IMG/VR virus record: IMGVR_UViG_3300034111_001103
Span: 96,001-160,000 of that record
DNA: 64,000 nt
DNA from: a virus
Reading direction: 5' to 3' (one strand)
This document shows positions 57,623-64,000 of the stretch, one piece after another. The notes beneath the pieces were generated by a model, which was not told where the DNA came from, ran no database searches, and worked only from the letters and a program-made list of their open reading frames with translations. Both the position numbers and the translations under genes were made by a program. Numbering within the stretch: position 1 is the stretch's first letter; each line of letters starts with the position of its first letter.

Positions 57623-57840
57623 TATATTGTATCTATTAATTTTAGAATTTCTTTCCATTTAAACATTTCATCATATTCTACTTTAATGGTTTGAGTAGAT
57701 AATGTAAACTCAATACAAAAGAATTTATCTTGTTCATTATAACTTTGTATTGCTAGTATCTTTTCTTTAAAGGAAAGGTGTAATAAATTATCAATGTAAA
57801 TTTTTATTTCATCTCCTTTGATGTCTATTTTAGCTTCCAT
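57622..57840 (-). CDS. Hypothetical protein
   Basis: 72 aa, coupled to genes on both sides. Confidence 0.6.
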   Translation of the reverse strand: MEAKIDIKGDEIKIYIDNLLHLSFKEKILAIQSYNEQDKFFCIEFTLSTQTIKVEYDEMFKWKEILKLIDTI

Positions 57841-58259
57841 TAAGAAAGAAACATTAGTTTATAAATCAATTTGTTTAGGTCAGATTTTGTGTTATCTAGT
57901 ACATTTACTATTTCAGAAAAAGGTATTATTTTTTGTAAGTCTGTAATCATTGTTTTTAATTCTTTAGCATATTGTATTGCTTCTTCTTTAGTATTTAATA
58001 CTCTAGGGGCAGAATCTTTGTAGGTTAAAAGTTTTTCAAAAGCTCCTTGACTTTCCTCTGCTATTGTATCTGAATGGTCTGGAAGAGAATCATAAATTTC
58101 ATTTAGTGCCAAATGAATTGCAAGTGAACCTGGACCTGTTATTTTTAAATGTAACTTATGGAAGGAAGTTGCAGCATTCATTAATTCTGATACACAGTCA
58201 GATATTTTAGTTAACTCTATTGTAGGATTATTAATTTTTTTAAATTCTATTGATGCCAT
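57840..58259 (-). CDS. Dps/ferritin-like protein
   Basis: HKLHLKITGPGSLAIHLALNEIYD...DTIAEESQG matches the Dps-like H..H..G..H...D..AE pattern. Confidence 0.75.
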   Translation of the reverse strand: MASIEFKKINNPTIELTKISDCVSELMNAATSFHKLHLKITGPGSLAIHLALNEIYDSLPDHSDTIAEESQGAFEKLLTYKDSAPRVLNTKEEAIQYAKELKTMITDLQKIIPFSEIVNVLDNTKSDLNKLIYKLMFLS

Positions 58260-58263
58260 TTGT

Positions 58264-61200
58264 TTATATTATTGATTGATTTGTTTTATTTAATTGAAAT
58301 TTTAAAAGAAATTGATAGTTAGAAAGTTTATCATTCTCTAATCTTATGTTGAAAAAATCAGACCTTAATGGTACAGTTAAGTATTTAGGTGCATAAGAAA
58401 TTGAAAGAATATTAGACTCTTTATACATTGGATTAGTTATATATTTAACTAAAGGTTGATTGTTGTTTTGTGATAAGTCTTCAAAAGTATTGAATCTAAA
58501 GTTGTTTTCTACATTTTCTGTTAAGATGTCCTTAGAGTTTAAAGCTATTCTAGGATACTTAGAAGATTGGTAAAAATTATTCTTTTCCTTCACTATAAGA
58601 TTTAGAATACCAGAAGATTGATTTTGATTATAAATAAGAGCTTTGTTAAAAGTTTTATCTTCTATTTTGTAGAAATCGTATTCTGTGGTATATCTTCTTA
58701 GATCTGTATTGAAAGAAACAGATTGTAATATTTGATTTACATATTTATCCTCAGATTGATATTCAAACATAAAGGTATGTAAATGTCCATAAAATACTTG
58801 ATAAGATTTAGGTGTTAGGAGGTGAGACCATAATCCTTCTTCATGTAAATTGTTAGGTTTATAGTTTACTCCAGAAGAAAAATAATTAAATGCTGGTGAG
58901 TAATAATTAGGGAGATAAGTGTAGAAGGAAATAATAGTATCGGTTTGAGGATAATATCCTATAGTCCAGCATTGATTTGTAAAGTATATTGTATTGGAAG
59001 GTAATATTTCTGTGGAGTCTAAGAAGAACTTATTATCTTGTAGGATTATTTTTCCTTTATATTCTTGTTTTAATTGATGATCTCTTTTGGTAATAAGAAC
59101 TCTTTTAAATCTTTCATCCCAAGTCATTGAGATACCAAACCATTTAAAGTTATTGTTGATATTAATAGTAGGAAAATCTTTTAGTATCTTAAAAGGTAAG
59201 TTTTCTTTTAACCAATTAGAAGCTAATTTATCTCCTACAGGTTGTATTTGTCCTTGACCTTGATGATGTATTATAGCTCCTCTTTTAGCATCTACCCAAT
59301 ATTGTCCAAATTCTGTAGATACAAAAGCAGTATGTTGAGAACCTCCAAAACCTAAATCTGTTTTTTTGTATTGTTGAGGTTGTTGAGCAAATAATTTATT
59401 AGTACCTACAAAAGAAGTTCCTAAATCTGTTTGTAGTTGTACAAAAGAATTGTAGAAAGTAGCTTGATCTTCTTGTAAAACAATAATAGTATTATTATTT
59501 GTTCCTCTTATTTGAGTTATTTTACCTCCTGATTTAGGTATGTCTATGTAGTTGTTAGCTAGATAAATAAGATTTCCATCATAGTTATCATTGTTATCAT
59601 TATCTTGTAAAGAGTAAATAATTCTGTTATCATTTATTACTTTACAATCTTCTTTTTCTTTAGAGTAGCTTGGAGAAAGTATGTAACCTAGATTTTCTTT
59701 ATTTTGTTTAGAGTAGGTAGTATTGTAAGAATAGTAGTTATCTTCAAATATAGGTACATTAGTTTCTTGAGTCCAAGTATTTGGATCTCCTACATAAGGA
59801 TAGAAAGACTTTTCTTTAAAGTTTTCTCCATGTCTTAAATCTAAGTTATAATCACTTTCTACTAAGAAAGAAGGAATACCATAAGAATAAAGAAACATTT
59901 TACCTTTTATGAATACAGGGGCTTTTCCAGGTTCTTGACCTGCAAAGTTTAATCCTGTTAAGATACCAAAAGTAATAGGTATAGAAATAATACCAGCACC
60001 TGCTGCCCCTCCAGAAGCTACTGCTCCTAAAGTATTTCCTGCTACTGCTAAAGAATTTCCTGTAGAATCTTCACAAGTTAAGTTATAATCTAATCTTTTG
60101 TTAGATTTAATACCTACATTAGCAAAAAGAGAAGAACCTGAATTATCTGAAGAGTCTGCTCCAGTAGGATAATTAAAGAAAAACTTAGGGTAGGCTACAT
60201 TATATAATTCTGAATAAAATACATCAGCATTATCTAAGTATGAAGTAGAAGGGTTTATAGAAACTCTTTCTTCTATAAAGAAAGGGTGTTTTATCTTAAG
60301 AGAGAATCTATTTATAAAAGTATCTCCTCCAAATATAGGATCACATGATGTATCTTGTTCTAGGTTAGTCCAATCTATTTCTCCATTATATCCTGTATCT
60401 AAATATTCTATATGATTTATAGAGCCATATTGAGAAGGGTTATAATTCTTAAGGGAAGCATAGTAGGAAGATATAGGTCTGTAAAGATTATTTGCATTAC
60501 AATCTAATGTAGTATTGGTATAATAATCATAACAACCTGGAGCCCATCTAGAGTAATCTTTGTTTAGTGTAGAAGTGAAGAACTTATCTATATTTAAATA
60601 AGCAGAAGATTCTCTTCTAGCATTGTTAAATTTAATAAATTTATCTCCATCTTGCACATTAAATATTCCAGAACCTAAGTAAGAAGTATTTAAAAGTCTT
60701 CTTCTAGTGTTACCATCATTAAAATCTTGAGGTATAGCACTATTAACATATCTTCCTACAGAGGAATAAGTTTGAGCATAATTTCTAAAAGGTGCAAACT
60801 TTTGTAATAATTCTAACCATTCATAGTAGTGATTTACTATTTCTGAAGGAGCTGATATATTTAAAGCTATTGCAGAAAGAATATAACCTAAAGGTACAGA
60901 TGTTCCAGAACCTAATACTGTTGTATTTATAGAAACATTGGTTTGTAATAAGTTATTAATAGAACTTATAGAAGTTTCTGTGGTTGCAAAACCTAATGCA
61001 GCAGCAGATAAACCTGAACCAACTAATTGATATTCAGCATGTTTATTTACTTTATTATAAGAACCATAAGAAAAACCAAATTGCTCACATTCTAGTTTTA
61101 ATTCTGTACCTAAAGAAGGTCTGTTAAAATGAGTGTTAGGAGAATGGAAAGTATATTTGTTATTTTTATAATCTTGACTTCTGTAAGGGTGTAATTGTGA

Positions 61201-64000
61201 AAAAGTAGTAATATAAGGTTTGTTAGCTAATTCTGCTTGATCTGCATTTTTTAAAGGAAGTCTAGATAAAAATATATCTTGGTTAAAATCATTATAAGGA
61301 TAGTTAGGATAAAGAACCTGTAATCCTGCTTGAGTAGTATTGTCTACATAATTCCAAACATCATAAAGTAAACCTTTACCTATAATAGATTGATTACCTG
61401 CTCTGTTACCTCTTAGGATTCTAAACCCACATATAGATAATTTTTCTTGTTCAGAAATTAACCCTAGAGTGACTGCATTATCTAAAGCTTCTTTCACAGT
61501 AGTAATGTCTATAGTCACTCCTATAGGGTATATTTTATTTTTTACTTGATAACTTTCTTGAGAGTTAGGGTCTATTGGAGTATTGTTTCTGTAGAAAGGA
61601 GAAATGTTAAAATCAGGAAACTTATAATGTCTTATGGGAGTATCTGCTAAAGGTCCCCAAACTTCTTCATTGCAAGGGTATCTTTCTGAAGATTCCCAAT
61701 ATCCAAAGTTTCCTTTTTTGTAAACTACTCCATTACAATTATTATCTATTGTTTGAGTAGAATTATATCTTATTTCATAAGTACATTCCAACACATATAC
61801 AGCTGGAACTGTAATTTCTTCACAAGGAGTTCCATCTGGTATAGGAGTATTGATACAAATATCAAAGTAAGAACCAATACCTGCTAAAGCAGGATCTATT
61901 GCAAATGTAGGGTCTAAGTTATATACTTTTACTTTATAATTGTTTCCAATAATAAAAGGAAAACTATTGTTTACAAAATAAAAATTATTAGTATTATTAG
62001 CACAACCTAGTAAAGTTGTACAATCATTATCATATACCTCTAAGATTAAATCTGTTCCATAAGCTGTAGTATCATATCCTATAGATATAGCATGATTCAT
62101 TGCTGTAGCAGTAAAATTATACCATACAGCATTATCTGAAAAACCTGCTCCTGCACAAGCAGAAGTAGGAGCTATAGAAGGAGAAGCAATATATCTTAAG
62201 TAACCATAGAAAGGTAATCCTACTGTTCTATTACAAGTATCATTTCCTTGAGGAAAAATAAACATACCTCCTCCACAAGTTATATTTGTGGGTAATATCC
62301 AAGCATTAGGTGTAGTAATTGTAGGAGGAACTGCTGTATCTTGTATTCTTGTATAAGGAGGAATAGGGGCTACTGGAGTTGCAATATCTTCTTCATAATG
62401 ACATTGTTCATAAGTAAAGGAAGGAGTTACTACTCTAGGAGTAGAAGATATTAAAGCTGGAGTACCTAAAAGTGGAGGGTATTGTGATAATAAATCATCA
62501 TAACAATGTTCTTCTTGTAAGTAAGAAGTCCAACAATCTGTAGGTACAGGTATAGGGTCTCCTGTAGGAGTAGTTAGTAATCCTCCATATTGATAAGAAG
62601 TACATATGAGGGTATCTGTTACTTCTATTTCTGAAGTTATAGGTACTTCATAACCACAAGGAAATCCTTGGTCTTCTGAAGCCAAATTATATACTTGCCA
62701 TCTTAGGTCTAAAGGAACATCACAATTATCTACTTGTATAACATCATTATTGGAAATAATATCATCTGTAGTTAATGGAGATATTTGAGCATTAACTTCA
62801 GATTTAGTTGGTCCAGGTATATGAAATCTAGCTGTAGATTGACCATTAGTTTTAGTAAATTCTACAGCATAAGAATACACTTCATCTCTTAGATTAGATC
62901 TATATTTAGAAGCCAAGATAGGATTTTTATAATCTCCTTCATTTAATTCTACAGTAATCCACTTTAGTCTTAAATTATTAACTACAGGTTGTAAATTAAA
63001 TATTCTATCTTGTTTTACATTACCCCAAAGCACATATCCATTAGATTCTGTTATTAGTTCTGCTTGAGAATAATAAGGATACCTAGCAAATATTTGGTCT
63101 ATAGATAAATCTTGTATTAAGTTTCTATCTACTCCTGTATAATTATAAGTTATAACTTGATCTGTTACAGATAAGGTTTGTACTAAGTGAACAGAAGAAG
63201 TATTGTTAATAGTCTTGATGACTACTATATTAAAGTTTTGGAACTCTTGTGATAGGTCATATATAGTTAATTGTATAGTTTGATTTACTATATAATCTGT
63301 TTCTACAGTTATTTCTCTATCTGAAAGAGGTATTGGATTAGTTACATAAAAATAATGTCCTATAGGGTTTCCTAAAGAATCTGAATAAGCTATAGCAAAT
63401 TGATAAGTACCAGCTTTATTTTCTCCTCCAGCTCTTACTATTTCTTGTTGTATTTTAGGGTAGCAAGTATCTTTAAATACTTTTATTTTATCACAATCTA
63501 ATTCATCAGTTTCTACTAAAGGACAATTAGATATTGTTTTCTTTTGGTAATCATAATCTATATATCTTAAACCTGTAGGAGTGTTATCTGTAAAATAAAC
63601 TCTAATATTACAATCATCTACTTTAACCCAAGACTGTATAGGACTATCTATAGAAAACCCTAAACAATCAGCATTAACTATTGTTGTATAGTTGCAGTTT
63701 TCTTTTTGAGGTAAAGTTTCTAAAGGAGGATCTTCTGTTGTAGGATTATTACAAGCATCACAAGAATATTGTCTATCTTCTGTAACAGAATAATTGATAT
63801 AAGATATTTCCCCTATCTCTGAAGATTGAGTAGTAGGATTTACTAAAAAATATATAGCTTTAGAAAGAGACGGAATATTAGTAACATTTATTACTTTAAA
63901 TCCATCTTTAAAACCAGTACATAAAATATTACTCATTTCATTGGTAATATTAAATATATCTCCTCCTTTATCTTGTATATTTCCATTTATAAGATACCTG
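58264..64000 (-). CDS. Tail stabilisation/muzzle protein (crAss-like, P22 gp10-related); start lies beyond the window
   Basis: The frame stays open upstream of the track Met (RYLINGNIQDKGGDIFNITNEMSN). Motifs GTYQFAIAY, RDEVYS, PIRHYKFPD, FHSP, FGGDTFI, GGSQH and YWVDAKRG. Confidence 0.75.
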   Translation of the reverse strand, partial: RYLINGNIQDKGGDIFNITNEMSNILCTGFKDGFKVINVTNIPSLSKAIYFLVNPTTQSSEIGEISYINYSVTEDRQYSCDACNNPTTEDPPLETLPQKENCNYTTIVNADCLGFSIDSPIQSWVKVDDCNIRVYFTDNTPTGLRYIDYDYQKKTISNCPLVETDELDCDKIKVFKDTCYPKIQQEIVRAGGENKAGTYQFAIAYSDSLGNPIGHYFYVTNPIPLSDREITVETDYIVNQTIQLTIYDLSQEFQNFNIVVIKTINNTSSVHLVQTLSVTDQVITYNYTGVDRNLIQDLSIDQIFARYPYYSQAELITESNGYVLWGNVKQDRIFNLQPVVNNLRLKWITVELNEGDYKNPILASKYRSNLRDEVYSYAVEFTKTNGQSTARFHIPGPTKSEVNAQISPLTTDDIISNNDVIQVDNCDVPLDLRWQVYNLASEDQGFPCGYEVPITSEIEVTDTLICTSYQYGGLLTTPTGDPIPVPTDCWTSYLQEEHCYDDLLSQYPPLLGTPALISSTPRVVTPSFTYEQCHYEEDIATPVAPIPPYTRIQDTAVPPTITTPNAWILPTNITCGGGMFIFPQGNDTCNRTVGLPFYGYLRYIASPSIAPTSACAGAGFSDNAVWYNFTATAMNHAISIGYDTTAYGTDLILEVYDNDCTTLLGCANNTNNFYFVNNSFPFIIGNNYKVKVYNLDPTFAIDPALAGIGSYFDICINTPIPDGTPCEEITVPAVYVLECTYEIRYNSTQTIDNNCNGVVYKKGNFGYWESSERYPCNEEVWGPLADTPIRHYKFPDFNISPFYRNNTPIDPNSQESYQVKNKIYPIGVTIDITTVKEALDNAVTLGLISEQEKLSICGFRILRGNRAGNQSIIGKGLLYDVWNYVDNTTQAGLQVLYPNYPYNDFNQDIFLSRLPLKNADQAELANKPYITTFSQLHPYRSQDYKNNKYTFHSPNTHFNRPSLGTELKLECEQFGFSYGSYNKVNKHAEYQLVGSGLSAAALGFATTETSISSINNLLQTNVSINTTVLGSGTSVPLGYILSAIALNISAPSEIVNHYYEWLELLQKFAPFRNYAQTYSSVGRYVNSAIPQDFNDGNTRRRLLNTSYLGSGIFNVQDGDKFIKFNNARRESSAYLNIDKFFTSTLNKDYSRWAPGCYDYYTNTTLDCNANNLYRPISSYYASLKNYNPSQYGSINHIEYLDTGYNGEIDWTNLEQDTSCDPIFGGDTFINRFSLKIKHPFFIEERVSINPSTSYLDNADVFYSELYNVAYPKFFFNYPTGADSSDNSGSSLFANVGIKSNKRLDYNLTCEDSTGNSLAVAGNTLGAVASGGAAGAGIISIPITFGILTGLNFAGQEPGKAPVFIKGKMFLYSYGIPSFLVESDYNLDLRHGENFKEKSFYPYVGDPNTWTQETNVPIFEDNYYSYNTTYSKQNKENLGYILSPSYSKEKEDCKVINDNRIIYSLQDNDNNDNYDGNLIYLANNYIDIPKSGGKITQIRGTNNNTIIVLQEDQATFYNSFVQLQTDLGTSFVGTNKLFAQQPQQYKKTDLGFGGSQHTAFVSTEFGQYWVDAKRGAIIHHQGQGQIQPVGDKLASNWLKENLPFKILKDFPTININNNFKWFGISMTWDERFKRVLITKRDHQLKQEYKGKIILQDNKFFLDSTEILPSNTIYFTNQCWTIGYYPQTDTIISFYTYLPNYYSPAFNYFSSGVNYKPNNLHEEGLWSHLLTPKSYQVFYGHLHTFMFEYQSEDKYVNQILQSVSFNTDLRRYTTEYDFYKIEDKTFNKALIYNQNQSSGILNLIVKEKNNFYQSSKYPRIALNSKDILTENVENNFRFNTFEDLSQNNNQPLVKYITNPMYKESNILSISYAPKYLTVPLRSDFFNIRLENDKLSNYQFLLKFQLNKTNQSII

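Noticed and set aside
1-64000. Stop-codon reassignment (TAG or TGA), known in some crAss-like phages
   Set aside because: Genes up to 14 kb are uninterrupted in the standard code, and TAG (polA, SSB-like, dut) and TGA act as real stops at expected protein ends.
1-64000. tRNA genes, CRISPR arrays, or a DGR (reverse transcriptase with TR/VR repeats)
   Set aside because: Intergenic gaps are short, and no cloverleaf, spaced direct repeats or RT motifs were seen by eye; tRNAscan-SE and a self dot-plot would be needed to exclude them formally.

Overview
This window is a 64 kb segment of a very AT-rich dsDNA bacteriophage genome, most likely crAss-like (Crassvirales or a relative) and infecting Bacteroidota. 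The host inference rests on TTG-N19/20-TAnnTTTG promoters and A-rich leaders without Shine-Dalgarno sequences. The standard genetic code gives intact giant ORFs. The + strand (1-28.3 kb) is a replication and nucleotide-metabolism block. It holds a metallopeptidase-vWA gene split by a group I intron carrying a LAGLIDADG endonuclease, an SF2 helicase, a RusA-like resolvase, PolA, an SSB-like protein, DnaB, a spore-photoproduct-lyase-like radical SAM protein and a Rieske-motif protein. It continues with a 5'-3' exonuclease, RecA, a dATP/dGTP diphosphohydrolase, a metallophosphoesterase, dUTPase, a class II RNR, and a glycosyltransferase/methyltransferase cluster containing a GIY-YIG endonuclease fused in frame to a methyltransferase. 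A bidirectional terminator at about 28.32 kb separates this block from a - strand virion block. That block contains a 3143 aa polyvalent protein, a 4717 aa virion RNA polymerase (DFDID), cargo-like proteins with repeated xxGG motifs, a Dps-like protein, and a tail stabilisation/muzzle protein running off the window end. The strongest candidate for a novel system is a set of apparently swappable enzymatic cassettes (zincin, ART-like, PD-(D/E)xK) inside the giant putatively ejected proteins. Two of these cassettes stand out as CpG-containing islands in an otherwise almost CpG-free genome. All family assignments come from motifs read by eye; no searches were run.
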